This document shows positions 39,201 to 52,640 of a stretch of DNA of 64,000 nucleotides, in pieces (position 1 is the stretch's first letter; each line of letters opens with the position of its first letter). The stretch comes from Geosiphon pyriformis uo1 (taxonomy: Eukaryota > Fungi > Glomeromycota). Location of the stretch: positions 43,066 to 107,065 of the forward strand of contig JAAOMT010000219.1 of NCBI GenBank assembly GCA_016748015.1. The letters are read 5' to 3'. A program made the translations under genes and the position numbers. Under the pieces are notes generated by a model, which was not told the DNA's origin, did not search any database, and saw nothing but the letters and a program-made list of their open reading frames with translations.

Positions 39201-41820
39201 TAAAACCAAAAAGCATGACTGTAAATTCATAGGTGTCATACTTGGTAATAAAAGCAGTTTTTTTTCTGCTTTCTGAATTCATTTCTACTTGTCAAAATTC
39301 AGCAGTTAAGTCAATAGTTGAAAAGAAAACAGCATCATTGAATTTATTTAGCATTGCATCAATTTTAAAAAGTGGGTATATGTCTCTTATAGTAATAATA
39401 TTTAGTTGGTAATAATTAACACAGAAGTGTAGAGTTTCATCTTTTTTGAATACCACTACAACTGAGAAAGCTCATTCACTCTTGGTTTCTTGTATAAATC
39501 CAAGATTTTTTATCCAGTTTATCTCTTTTTTGATAAACTTGTCATTGTATCAATTGGATTAAAAAGGCTTCAAATGGATAGAACAAGTTTCTTTGGTGGT
39601 AATAGTGTGTTGTATTACATGAATTTGTCTAGGAGTGTCATCTTTTTTTAAGATAACTGGGTTATTCTTAGCCAACAGGTTTTCAATGTCCACTTTTCTT
39701 TCTTTAGGAGAAGGTTTTCTTTGTTCTACAACTAGTAATTGGATTTCAGATGGTTCACTTTCAAAGAACTTCTGTACTTCTTTTAATTCTTCTCTGGGTA
39801 TCAAACTAATTGGCTCCCAATCTTTGTAATAGATTAGACAAGACTTGCATTCATCACTAAGGGAATACAAAGATTTATTATACCAGCATTGTGCACAAGA
39901 ATCATGTCACCAATAACTGTATTTGGCTTTCTTGCCAGGTTTTCTGTCAAAGGTTCTTCTGAAGATATTATAGTAGGGCCAGCAGATCAGCTTGCTATTT
40001 ACCATAATTCTTTTTTTGTCAGCTTTAACATTGTCCAGTGGCTTGCCATTGTTGGTAAAAATGGTATAGGCAAGTTCAGCAATTTCTTTTTGTTCTTCTT
40101 AATTTTCATCATCACTCACATTATCATCTGATTCATCTGATTGTTCTTTTTCTTGTTTCTGTTTGGTTGTTGAAGGAGTTGTCCAATGATGGCATTTAAC
40201 CACAATGGGTTTTTTATCACATCTGATAATTAGCTTGCAAAGTTTATAATCAAGTAGTGCTTTGGCTTTCTTAAGCTACTCATTACCAACAATAATGGTA
40301 TACTCTTTTGCTTCAGATACTTCCATATCTGTTTTAATGCTAATACTATTGATGCAAACAGGAACAGCTTTGGCTATATCCAGACCTTTCTTTTTGTCAC
40401 CATATATATTAGTCATGGACTGAATAGAAGATTCATCAATTTTTCTTTCAATGGCTTCTAGAAAGTGTTTGGCAATTACACTAACAGATGATCCACTGTC
40501 TAGGATCAAATCAATGAAGTAGCCAGCCACTTGGGCTTTACAAATCAGAGGAGTGACATTGCTGTTGTCAGCAAGTTCAGCTTAATGAAGGCACTTGTTG
40601 GTTTTTGGTGTCTTCTTTTTTGGTATTAATAATTTGCAAAGATATTTTCTGAACTGTGAATGGGTCATTAGTTGGCCAAATGTAATGTGTGTTAGAGTTT
40701 TCATGAGATCTTTAACAACAGAATAAGGGCCAAATTTTTGTACTATTTCTGGAGATTCCAACTTTGGAGGATTTTTAAAAACTTTAGTCTTTAGTGGCTT
40801 ATTGTTATTAGCAGTTGATGTGGATGCTTTTTTTGGATCTAAAACGAAATCAACCTTGGCTTTTTTCTTTTTTCTTGTTAGGTCAAAAGTGTTGATTGTT
40901 AATTCATTCATGTCATGGTCATCATCAATTAAATTAAAAGTGTAAAAGAGATTTTCTTCTGGTTGGCTTGTATTCTCACTCTTTAGAGGTGTGCCTACCA
41001 GTTTAAAGACTGATAAACAGTAGTTTCAACTAGAGGATCCTCTCCAAAGAAATTGATGTTGGCATAATTGAGTCTTTAATTGAAAACATTATTACTGTTA
41101 AGATTGTTATTCTGAATGTTATTATTTCTAGAAACTGGAGGAAACAATGGAAAATTGTTGTAGTCTCTTGAGAAGTGTTCAGTTAGTTCATAGTGATAGC
41201 ACACAGATGGGCCACAATTTTGCTGTTTTTGATATAGTGGTTGTTGGGACTAATTAAAATGGGGTTCAAATCTAGATTTTTGGGGTTGTTGATTCTTTCT
41301 AACTGCTTGGACCAAAGGTTTTAATAGCCAGGCAAGATTTGCTGCAAGCCTATCTATTAATTGTTCATTTGGATCTTGAGTTTGGACAGCAAAAGAGGTA
41401 ACAGTTATTTGTGGAGCAGGAGCAAAAACTAGAAAGATAGATTCCAGGGACATTAGTGAACTGCAGCTAAGAATACAGGAGATGCATCCTTTGATTATTT
41501 TCTATTCTCTAGACAAGTTTAATAGTCATATTCATTATGGAATTATCTTTCAAGACCAAAAGAGGCCAAAGAGCATATGATAGATTAGTTCTCAATCTTT
41601 TTGTGAAGGAATGTATTTTCTGCTCTTTTGTCTAATTTCTTTCAGAGTCTACCCATTTAATGAGTTTTCTTATTGCTTTGGCATATTCTGTCACAATTTT
41701 ACCAGGGTCTTGAGTTCTTTTTTCTAATTCTATATGCCATTTGAATATTAAAATAGAAGTTTTAAATTTAGTTTTAAACCAAGTTGTAAAAGAAGTGTTT
41801 TCTTCTTTAGCATTTGTTGG
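35606..41820 (-). mobile_element. Ty3/Gypsy family B, 5'-truncated: partial gag, PR, RT, RNase H, integrase, extra 3' ORF, PPT, 3' LTR
   Basis: PR LILDSGSS (40276-40530), RT KTAFIT..YLDDIIVYS (39091-39282), integrase HHCC and IGIDVVG (37762-38043), GPF-like motif near 37120. Degenerate CCHC knuckle near 41160-41210. Confidence 0.88.
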
Positions 41821-44800
41821 TTGGTTGGACTAGTATTCTCTGTACTTCCAATTGTAGAATATTACTGGTGAATGATGATACTATATTGTGGTATGGTTTC
41901 AGTCGATCATCATGTATTGTTTTGATTAAAATTTTGTTGTTCAATCTTAATTTATAAGCTCTATTTTCTAAAATTTCTTCTATGTGAAATAGTCCATTCT
42001 ATTTGAGGTCAAATTTTCCACTCCATTGTTTTTCTGCTTTGGTACAATGTAGAAGTACTTTGTCTTCAATCCTGAATTCAACCAGTTTATCTGATAGTTG
42101 GTTATCATGTCTTTCTTTTGTCTCTCTTGTGACTTTTAGATATTATCAGCTGCTCTTTGCCATTTGTTTTCTAATGTTTCCATTAAGTCATATGTTCTTC
42201 TTAATAATGTTTCCTGAAAATTCTCTTCAGTTATTGGTTTCATTAGATATGTATTAACTTTTATCTTTACTGATAATGTTGCTGTTCTATTGTATACTAA
42301 TTTAAATAGTGTTGCTTGTGTAGTGTCTTGCTTTATTGTCCGATAAGCAAATAGTACTAATGGTATAAACAAATCCCATTTGTCTTGATTTTCTTGGCTA
42401 AGTTTGGCTATTGCTTTACATAATGTTCTATTAAACCTTTTGACTAATCCATTGGTTTGTGAATGATATGGTAATAATAGTGGTCTCTTAATTCTGAATC
42501 TTTGGTTCAATTCTGCTAATGTTCTATTCACAAAGTGAGTTCTTTAATCTGATAATAATTCTTTTGAACATCCATGTCAACAAATTAAATCTTAATGAAC
42601 GAATTCAGCAATAGATTCTGCATCCACTCTTTGAATTGCTTTTGCTTCTGGCCATTTAGTGAGATAGTCTATGGCTATTACAATATATCTGTTGCCTCTG
42701 CTGGTAATTGTTAATGGTTTGACTAAGTCAATTCCAATGTGATTGAATGGTTGTCTCACTTTGATTGGTCTTAATAGTTTACTGGGTTTTGTTCCTTCTT
42801 TTCTCTGACAAGCATCACAATTTTGAACATATTGGATGATGTCTGGATACATTGATGGCCAATAGTATTTTTTTCTGGTTCTTTCTATAGTTGCTTCTTT
42901 GTGAAAGTATTCTGCAGTTGGGTCTAAGTGCATGTTAAATAGAATTGTCTCTTTTTCTGGCTCTGTTACTACTCTGGTTGGTTGATCTGAATCTTTTCTG
43001 TTTTTCTAATAAAGTATATTTTGGTAAGTAATAAAATATTTTAATTGTTGTTTAATACTCTTTTGTTCTGATTGAGATAAATTTTCCTTGAACTGTTGAG
43101 TATTTAGATAATATTGAAGTTGTTGATATTTTTGTGTGTTTATTTTTTGTTATATTTTTGTTGGTATTGGTTTTGGTTTTTGTTGTATTTTTGGGTTGAA
43201 ATGTTTTTAGATTTGTCTTATTTATGATAAACCATCAGCATTTCCATTGTTTTTTCCCTTTTTATAGTGTATAGTATAAGTATATAGTAACAGTGCCATT
43301 TTTTATTTTGACTGTCTTCCATTCCCAAATTCCTGTTTGTGAAGTGATGTCAATTCTTTGTGGTCAGTATACACGTCGAATTTTTGGCTTAAGTACTCAG
43401 ACCATTTTATAACTGCCCAATATATTGCTAAGTGTTCTAGTTCTGGAGTTCTATAATTCTTTTCGGCTGGTGTTAGATCTCTGCTGGCATAAACTACTGG
43501 ATGTTCTCTTCCATCTGGTTTTTTCTAAGATAGTACAGCCCCCAATGTTTGACCTAATACATCAGTGGTGATGATAAATGGCTTGCTGTAATCTGGATAG
43601 ATCAATATTAGAGCTTGAATTAGCTTTTTTCTTAGAATGTCAAAAGCTTCTTGCTGGTTTCAGTCTATTCATATTTTGTATTTTTGGCTTGGAGATAGTT
43701 GAATGGCTGAACTATTTTGGAAAAGTTTTTTATAAAGCATCAATAATAGCTTACAAAGCCTAAAAATAATTGTAATTCTGTCAAGTTGGTTGGTACTGGA
43801 AAGTTTTTTACTATCTCTATCTTCTCTGGATCTGTCTTAATGCCATCTTTGCTGACTATATGTCCCAAAAATTTTAGTTTTGTCTTGCCAAAAAACATTT
43901 GATGGCATTTAATTTTAGCCCTGCTTGTCGTAGCCTTTCGAACATTTGTTGAAAATGATAAAAATGATCATCAAATGTCTTTGAAAATACATTGGTGTCA
44001 TCCAAGTAAACTACTACTGATTTCCACAATAAACTGGTGTACACAATTTTCATTAGCCATTGAAATGTGGCTGGAGCATTGGTTAAGCCGAATGACATAA
44101 CTTCAAACTCAAAGTTCTCTTCTTTGGTAGTGAATGCTGTTTTTTCTTTGTTGGCTGGATCCATGGCTACTTACCAGTAACTACTATCTAGATCCAGTGT
44201 TGAGAACCATTTATTTCCTCCAAAAGCATCGAATAGCTCTTGGATCCATGGAGTTAGATAGCTGTCTCCACGAGTAACTCCATTGAGTTTTCTATAATAC
44301 ACACAAAAGCAAATTTTCCCATTCTTCTTCTGGACAAGTACCACTGGTAATGACTATGAGCTTATTAATGGCTGAATTAGCCCATTGTCAAGCATTCGAT
44401 TGATTTCTTAATGGATAATTTCATGGCTGGTGGATGAGATTTTGTATGCTCACTGTTTAATTGGCATTGCATCTCCAATCTTAATTTGATGTTGGATGAT
44501 GTCAGTTCTGCCAAATTTGTTTTCGCTGGCAAAAATGTTGTTGAAAAGATGAGTAACATCTTGAGCTGTATACGTTGTAATGGGTCTAGATTTCTCATGT
44601 TTATTTGTTCCAATTGTTTTGATTGAAGCAAGTAACATTTGTCTTGTCCATAGATTGTTTGTGATGTAATGTCAACATATCCACAAAGTTGTGGAAAGCC
44701 TGGAATGGGGTTTGGTGGTTGGTTTTCTATTGCTGTGGTTAAATATCCAATAGTGGTTCCTTTTGGTATCTCGATAATATTTCCAGTGTTGTTGTAGATG

Positions 44801-47800
44801 GGAATTTTTATGCAGCTATAGTTGTTGGCTGGTATGTGGAGATTGATTAGTCTAATTTCTCCTAATTCACAAAGACTTGCTTCAGCTTCAACAATCTGTT
44901 CTTGCTCCTTTTCCTTCTTTTCTATTGCTAGTATGTACTGGTTATATGGTGGAATAGAAATAGCTTGACCAGTTGAAATAATTTCTTCTTGGCCAACAAT
45001 TTCTTCCTCTGCCATATTAACTAGTACATCTATTCTACCTGTTGACCCAAATCCCTGTATTTCTTTTGCTGTCATTCCTAACTCTTCTCTATTTCTCACT
45101 AACACTAACTGAGCTATTTTAACCAGAGGCAGAAATATTGTCTGTGCTATTTTTTCATTTGGTTCTATTGTATAGGTCTTTTCTGAGTCATTTTGTAGCA
45201 TAGCAATAATATTTCCTATATATCCTGCATCAATTATTCCTCTCCTGATATTGATTTCTCTTTTCGCTAAACTACTCTTAGAAGCTAACTGAACCATGGT
45301 TGTTACTGAAATCTCTAGTGCTATTTTCAGATCAATGCATATGTGTGAATGTGGTTCCAATTTGATAGTCTCTGTTCCAGGATATCTTAGATCAAACCCA
45401 ACATCAGTATTATGTGCGTGTTTTGGCATGATATCTTTGTTATTATTGCTGAACCATTTTAGTTCCAATTTTTTGGTGAAGTCAGGGATTGCGATATGTT
45501 GTTCATATTTTGTGTCAGAGTTTGAATCTGAATTGAAATCATTGTTGAAGTTATTGTCATATTAAATAGAGTTGGAACTATTGTTTTTGTCATCATTGTT
45601 ATCAGAGTTTGAATTGGGATTGAACAGTGATTCCAATTCTAATGTGCAGCTGCTGATTGGTTCGATTTTTTCAGAGATTATGTAGATTATGTGTGGTGGT
45701 AAATTGTAGATGAAGTCACACTCATCACAATATTCAAAGTCACTGGGGATTAAACAATGGCAACACAGTCTTGTATTTAACTGTTCTAGCTATTGTTCTT
45801 GCTTTTTTCTGGTGGATACCAAATTTTGATAGTGTTTATGGAACTTTTCTGGCTCCAGGAGGTTGATAACTGGTTCTGTGTCCCAGTCGAGTTCTATCAA
45901 TTCTGGTGAGTTGTTTTTGATTTCTTTTATTTCTTCTGGTAATGCTTCTTCTATTTTGGCAAGTGCTATTCTCCAGATCTTATTGGCATCTCTTTCCTCA
46001 TCCAGTCGCTGACTAGAATTGTGTATTGGCATGAGACGTCACAGGTTTCTCCTCTTCCTGGAATGTCATTTCATTCCTTCATCCAACAGTGTTTCCTCAC
46101 AAATGAGACAAGATTGATTATCCCATTTTCTTTGCTTTTTTGGTTATTCAAAGCATTCAAAGATACATAGACAGTAGTAGAACTTCATAGCCGTAGAATA
46201 TTCCTTATTATTGCCACAGCATATACTCATTAATAACAATTTTTTGCTGTAATCAATGCATATGAGCTTTGGTTGGCAATAAGTAAATGGTGGCTGTGGA
46301 GTGTAAATGTATGGAATATAAGTGGTGATGGCTTGAATAATCTCTCCCTTCCTTTCTTTCTCCTTTTGTTTATCCCTTTTCTATTTCCAACTGTGGTTTT
46401 TTTCTTGTTTATTATCAGTCCAGGTCAGATCGTCTGTTTCCCAAGTAAGTTCTTCCTTTTGTTTTCTTTTTCCTTTTTTTTGCTCATCTCACAATAGTAT
46501 GAGTAGTAACTTGTTGTGATCAGTGTTGGCCCACAAGACTTGGTAGGTTTTCCAGACTGGTTTCTTTTTTTCTTTGTCTAGTTTGATCAATGGTTTTTCT
46601 CTTGAAGAAGCCTTAAAGTGTCCACATGTGGCTGGAGTTCACACATGTTGGCCATTTTGACTGAGCTGAAGCTCCTGCATAATTCAGTCAAAAACAGCAT
46701 TGGTCTTGAACAGCCAATTGTTCCCAACCAATGCTTGGTATTGGGTGGCTTCCATGACTAAGACTTTGATAAGTGTAATGAGGCCATTGATTTTAAAGGG
46801 GAAATTGTTGATTTCGCCTATAGGCGTCTTAGTGGCTCTATCAGTAGTTATAATCTTGGTGCTGGAAGTGTGGTCAACCTGGCAATTTAATTGCTCCATT
46901 AGTTGACGGGTGATGATGCTGCCAGCTGATCCACTATCCAAGATCAGTTTGATCAGATGACCATCAGCTTTTGCATCAGTGTACATTGTAGTGATGAGTT
47001 TTTTTTTTAGTGCTACTCCACTAAACCAAGGAGTTGTGGTTGGTTCTTCAATTTCGAAGGGAAATATGACTGCGAGTAACTTGTCTTCTATAACAATGGC
47101 TGGTGAGATGTTGTTGGTAAGTATTGTTGGTTGCTGGTTGGATTCTGGTTTGTTGGTTTGGGTGTCTTCTGGGGTAACCAGAAGACTTAAATAGTTCTGA
47201 GAATTCAGGTTTTGAATGGAACTAGTATCCAAATTCCACTGATAAGATCCTGATTGTTGGCCTAATAAACTGGGGATCGGTTGATGAACAACTATCACTG
47301 ATCTCCAGTTTTGGGTGATTCTGGGTCTTAGATTTCCTGATGTCATTATAGCTGAGTTTTGGGATGGCATTTGAACTTGTTGGGATTAATAAATTACTTG
47401 AGGCTGCGGCTGATAAATGACTTGTGGCTGCAGTTGATAAATTGTTGATGGCTGATAAATTGATGGTTGATATACTGTTGGCTGATAGATTGGTTGCTAC
47501 ATTATAGGCAGGTAAGCGTTTTGATATTGTTCTTGATTGGGTGGGCAATTCGGAGTCTGAGACCAGCAATTGGAGTTTTGATACTGATTTTCTGATCATA
47601 AATTGCTATAAGTATGGCAGTTTGTTCTAATATGCCCTTGTTTATCACAGTTGTAGCAGACACATGTTTCTGGCTGTCATGACTGATTAGTGGACAATCT
47701 TGGACGTGATTGATTCTGGAAATGATTCACATTTCTTAAATTATTATGTCGTTGGGATATCTGATAAATTGAGTGATTGTCAGCTAAGTATCCCTCTAAT

Positions 47801-50332
47801 TTCTGATTGATGTTGTCACTAAACTGTTTTAGCTTGAAATCTAGGTTAAATAATCCATTCATTACTAAATTCACAGTTTGGGCGTGGTTGGCTTCTAACT
47901 CGGCAGCTTCAAAATCTCTGGCATGGGTCATGATGGTTGAAAAATTAGCTGGATGCATTGAACATACTTGCTGGAGGATGCTACTGTGCAATCCTCAGAT
48001 GAATTGGTTCAAGATCTGTGGTGCTGTAAAGTAATTAGCTTGGATTGCCTGAATTTGGTGCAGATTTCTATGGAAACGTCCCAGGTAGGTGGTGACTGCT
48101 TCAGTTTCTCCTTGTTTAATAGTGGTAAATATGTTGGCCAATTTGTGGAGGCTATTATTGTTGCTGAATATCTCAAAAATTCCATCTTAAATTCATTGAA
48201 TGTTTGTGGTTTGGTGACTAAACTTTGGTATCATGCATCTGTGGTGTCTCTTAAGAAATATGGAATGGCTTGAAGTGTTCGGGCATTATTCCATCTGTTT
48301 GCAGTAATGGCTTTTTCTACATCATTGAGCCATACTTTGGCATTGTCCTCTTCGCCAGTAAATTGATTGAGTTTTGCTATGGGAGCATATGCCATTGGAT
48401 CTAGGTGTGGTTGTTGTTGTTGGATGGGTAATTGAAATAGTTGTTGTGGCTGTTGAAGCAGCTACTGAGGTGGTTGCTAATTCTGCTGATTCAGCAGCTG
48501 AATTGGCTGGAACGGTTGCTGTAGTGACTGGCTAATCGATTTCACTGGTGGTTGATTAATCACAATTATTGGAAGTATGTACTAATTAATTATTTCGGAG
48601 TTTTGATTATTCTGATTCAGTGGTGTTCTAATATTTGGGGTTTCAGTTTCCGGATTTTCAAAATTTGGTGGAGTTTGAAAGTTCAGGATTTCAATTTCTG
48701 GGTTTTCTAGGATCAGGTTTTGGTAAGTCAATTCTTGATTCTCAGATTCATTTTTCTCTTCTTCAGATAATTCCTACAGAGTAGCAGTTCTGAAGTCTGG
48801 TTGAAACAGTGGTGATCAAATTCCTGATGGTGTTGGTGATCACAATTTAAATCCTTCAAAATAGTTACTGTAAGTTCCTAATAGTTCTGTTTTCCTTTGT
48901 TTACTTTGAAATAAGAATCACCCGAATGTTAATGTCACATTTGATGTGGACATGTCTACTGATAGTAAATTGATGGTGCTTCCGGGTGTATAATAGTATA
49001 ACTGGTGTATTGGAAATTCAGTTTTTTGTTTCTTCCAGGTGGGCAGTTGTATTTCTTTTGGAGTTGTTGATAGGGTTTGTAATTTTCTTTTATCTTTATC
49101 TGCATAGATAATTGGAAATTGTTGCTGCACATATCTTTCAATAGTTTGATTGATTTCCCTAATTACTGCAAAACTATAGTTCTTTGGTAAGCTGGTGTGT
49201 TGAAATAATTTGGTGTAGAAGTTTTCTCTTGCTGATTCAATGTTAACTGTTTCTCCTAGGCAGTCAGTAATTTTATTGTTGATGTAAAAATTGAAAGCTG
49301 ATTCTGCTGGGTAATGATTACTGTTTAATCCTAATTGTTGGCTGTATTGTTGAAACAAAGATTTGGCAAATTTTAAGTGGTTTGCTCCTATGTTTTCTGA
49401 TTCTGCCACTTTTGGTTTGTTGGTGGTACTGGTTTTTTGTAGGAATATACCTTACAGGAAGCACCAAATATTACAGGTGAGTATTTGGGATGTGGAGTAA
49501 ATAACAAACCTGTAACTTAGTGCTCAAAGCTAGTTGTTGGTGTTGATAATCTGAAGGTTTGTTGTCTGAAGGTTTTGGATGAGTCTTTTGTATAATGAAC
49601 AGAGATTCAATAGTCATTGTATCTGTAGCTTCCCAGACTTGCAAGTCTGTCAATTTTTTTCTCAGCTTGGTGGCCGGCAATCCTTTGGTAAGTAATCCAT
49701 ATTTCTTGTACATATTCTACTCATTCACAGGGGTCTTTTACCAGATAATCCTTGACATCAGTAATTGGCGCTTTCAATCAATTGGTTAGTGCACAACAAA
49801 ATAAACAACAAAATAAAGAAGAAAATAAAAAAAATAAAATGAAGAAGATAAAGCATAAGCCAAGGCGAGATAACAAGTTAGTATTCCGTCAATAGCCATG
49901 ATCAAGAGCTATTGTTCTAGTGTAGTTAAGTATTGGTTACTACCAACATGGAGTGTTGATAGTAGAAAGTAGATTACAATATAGAATAATTATTTATTGA
50001 ATAATTGTGTTTTCTAGCTAAGAACTTTTTACTTTCTTTTTGTGAATTCTGTCTTTTCTGCTTCTAACACTACTGCTATATATACATAATTGAGATTCCT
50101 CAATTCCTCAATTTTTCATGACAGGAATCCTGGAATTTTTGGAATCCTGTGATTCCTTTGGGAGAAATCCTGGAATTCTGGAATCCTGCAATTTCTTATC
50201 AGGGAATTCTGAAATTCTGGAATTCTGCAATTTCTTGTCAGGAAATTTTGGAATTCCACATTTTTACTATGTCTACTTCTGATTGGCTACTAACTATGTT
50301 AATATACTTTCTATATTCTATGAATAACAATG
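41821..50332 (-). mobile_element. Ty3/Gypsy family A copy 1: 5' LTR (49954-50332), gag, PR, Cys-rich insert, dUTPase, RT, RNase H, integrase; 3' end lost
   Basis: Gag core and knuckle CYNCDKQGHIRTNC (about 47615-47665), PR LILDSGSAG (about 46930), RT YLDDTNVFS (43874-44164), integrase IGIDLV, DYLTKWPEA, TNGLV(E>K)RFN (42136-42933). Confidence 0.92.
45030..45430 (-). pseudogene. dut: dUTPase domain within the family A pol
   Basis: All five trimeric dUTPase motifs are recognisable: (A)GFDL, (R)SSLA, GIIDAGYIG, KIAQ and QGFGSTG. Confidence 0.9.
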
Positions 50333-51067
50333 TTAAAAAATCAGTTTAGGGCACTTTTGTTTACTTATTCTATGAGTATAACTGTTCATAATTTTGGTGC
50401 TTTATTAAAAAGAACTGGTAAAAAAACTTGTATTATAAACCAATTATTTAAACTGCAATAAAGTTTACTGTATTGTAGTTGGTTTTGAATCTAATAAAGA
50501 CTAGAATTTGTTTTTTATATAAAGCCAATTTTTGGTGATGTAAAACTTTCATAGATTAGAATAAATTTGATTTAATATAAAAAATATGAACATTTTGGAC
50601 ATTTTATTTTGGAGTATAATATATTTGGCTTCTCTATTTTATCATCTTTAAATGTATTTAAAAAGTTTGTTTTAAATAAAAAATATTTTTAGTCAGCCAA
50701 ACTGTATGCCAAAAAAACCATTTTTATATCTTATTCTGCTGTTTTTGATGACAAGTTATAGGCTTAAGTAATCTCAGTAGCTTTTGTTTTTATCAATTTG
50801 CTTTTTGGTTTTGGTTTTGGGTTTCATTTCTTTAGTGTTTTAAATTTTAATAAAAAAGCTTTCTTTGCTTTAATAAATGCTTTTTTTATGTGTGTTTATT
50901 TAGCCTTTTTAAAATGTTTCTTAGAACTACTGATTAATCAAGTATTTGGTGTTGTATACAAACTTAGTATAAAATTAATGTCAATGGTTTTTTCTTCTTT
51001 TTTTAATATCTTTATAGATTTACTAGTATCTGGTCTAAATATAAATTTGAGCATAATACTATCAGTA
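50333..51067 (+). pseudogene. LINE ORF1 fragment, same lineage as copy 3
   Basis: Aligns by eye with 25570-26300. Confidence 0.75.
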
Positions 51068-52640
51068 AAATTTTAACTATTAATTAGCATAAAATTATCC
51101 TTATAATTTCTATTAATAATTAGTATATATTATTATCATTTCAATTATTACTTATTATTTAATCAAATTATTAAATATTATTATTCAATTAATAATCTAA
51201 TTTGTACTATAAAAATTAAGATAATCAAATTACACAATACTCTGAACTATTTAATATTCAAAAATTGGCCGAAATTAGCAAAAATTGGCCGAAATAATCA
51301 ATAGTTTGTGGAAATAATTTGTAGTTTGCCAAAATATATCTTTAGTTTACTAAAATTAAAACAAAGAGAAAAGTGCAAGTTTAAAAACTAGTACTACAAC
51401 AAGTTGTATAAAAGAAGAGCTTCTCTTTTCAAAAAAAAGTATTTTATCTTAAATATCTTAATTAGAACAAATTATTTTTTCTATACATCTTTACAAAAAT
51501 TAAATAAAAATTAAAATATTTGAAAAACCAAATCCTTAATTATTATACTTAACATTCACAAAAACCCAATTAATGTTTTGAAATTGATTAGCTACCAATT
51601 TTAATAATCTGTTAGTGATTTCAGGCCTGAATAAAAAACGTTTTTTTTGACAAAATTCTATTTTTTTTATATTTCTTTTATTTATTTATTTTTTTCTTAT
51701 TATAATTATTAAGGTAGCTTATAGACAAGATTCCTGTAGAAAAGTTGATTTTCACAGCAAAGTAACTACACATTTTAGTGAACTTTCAATTAAGCAATTT
51801 CTGGAAAAAAATTAATGTTTACTACAATATAACTATACAAAGTAATTGGCATAAAATTGGTTATTCTACTTATAACCCCAGCAGTTTAAATTATAAGAGA
51901 TAATTTGAAGATAAATTCGGTTATCAAAAGTCTAATTACTTCCAGAAAATGTGAATTTACAACCAATAAACATTAATAACATTCAAAAAAAAAGACTAAA
52001 AACCTCTGGTAATATTTGGTGCTCTCCCACAGAAATAATACAACAATAACCAAATTCATAATAGTAACCCCAGCAAACACAACAACTCTAAAGTATTATT
52101 AGTCGATTTACACTTACTGCAAGTAAAAATTCAACATCCAAGACAGAATTAAAATTTTCAAGAAATCACTATACCAATATATTGAAAACCACATTAACAA
52201 TTATTTTTTTAGAAACTACAACATTTCAAAAGTTAAAAGCAATCTCTACAATAATTTATTGTACTATTCACAATTTGGAACTGAAAACATTAATAGTAAA
52301 ACACTTGACACCTATTTCTAAGAACTTAACTTTAACATTATCCAGTATTGCAAAAAAAAATATCAAGTACAGTCCAAATATTTTCTTAATTTTGAATTAG
52401 AACCAGAAAACAGCAACAACAGAAAACAGCAAAAGAAATTTCAAGTTAGTCATACAACTTACAACACACCAAAAACAACTGCCAAATATTTGCAAACATC
52501 TAAACAAAGAACCAATATCAAATTACCATTTTTTATTACACTATTTTTAATTTTACTTGTTCAACTACAAACTTCAAATTTACTACTTATCTGGTTCTCA
52601 AGACTAGAAGATTTTCAATCATCCAAAAATAGTTCCAATT
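51068..52640 (+). mobile_element. Gypsy family C fragment (leader + gag N-terminus), without LTR
   Basis: Direct-repeat homologue of 62738-64000 over about 1.25 kb. Confidence 0.8.

Noticed and set aside
49451-49713. Upstream ORF, intron or programmed frameshift at the start of family A gag
   Set aside because: A GTTTGT...AAG intron-like segment exists, but removing it does not restore the gag frame. The stops could be mutation-derived, so the ancestral frame cannot be determined by eye.
50120-50260. LTR repeats as canonical heat-shock elements
   Set aside because: TTCnnGAA dimers occur, but the repeat period is 8-9 bp rather than three contiguous alternating 5-bp nGAAn units. This is not enough to call an HSE.
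35221-50332. One giant element bounded by inverted repeats (family A LTRs at 35221 + and 50332 -)
   Set aside because: The flanks are non-contiguous LINE parts (ORF2 end on the left, ORF1 middle on the right) with no TSD. Independent insertions plus deletions explain it better.
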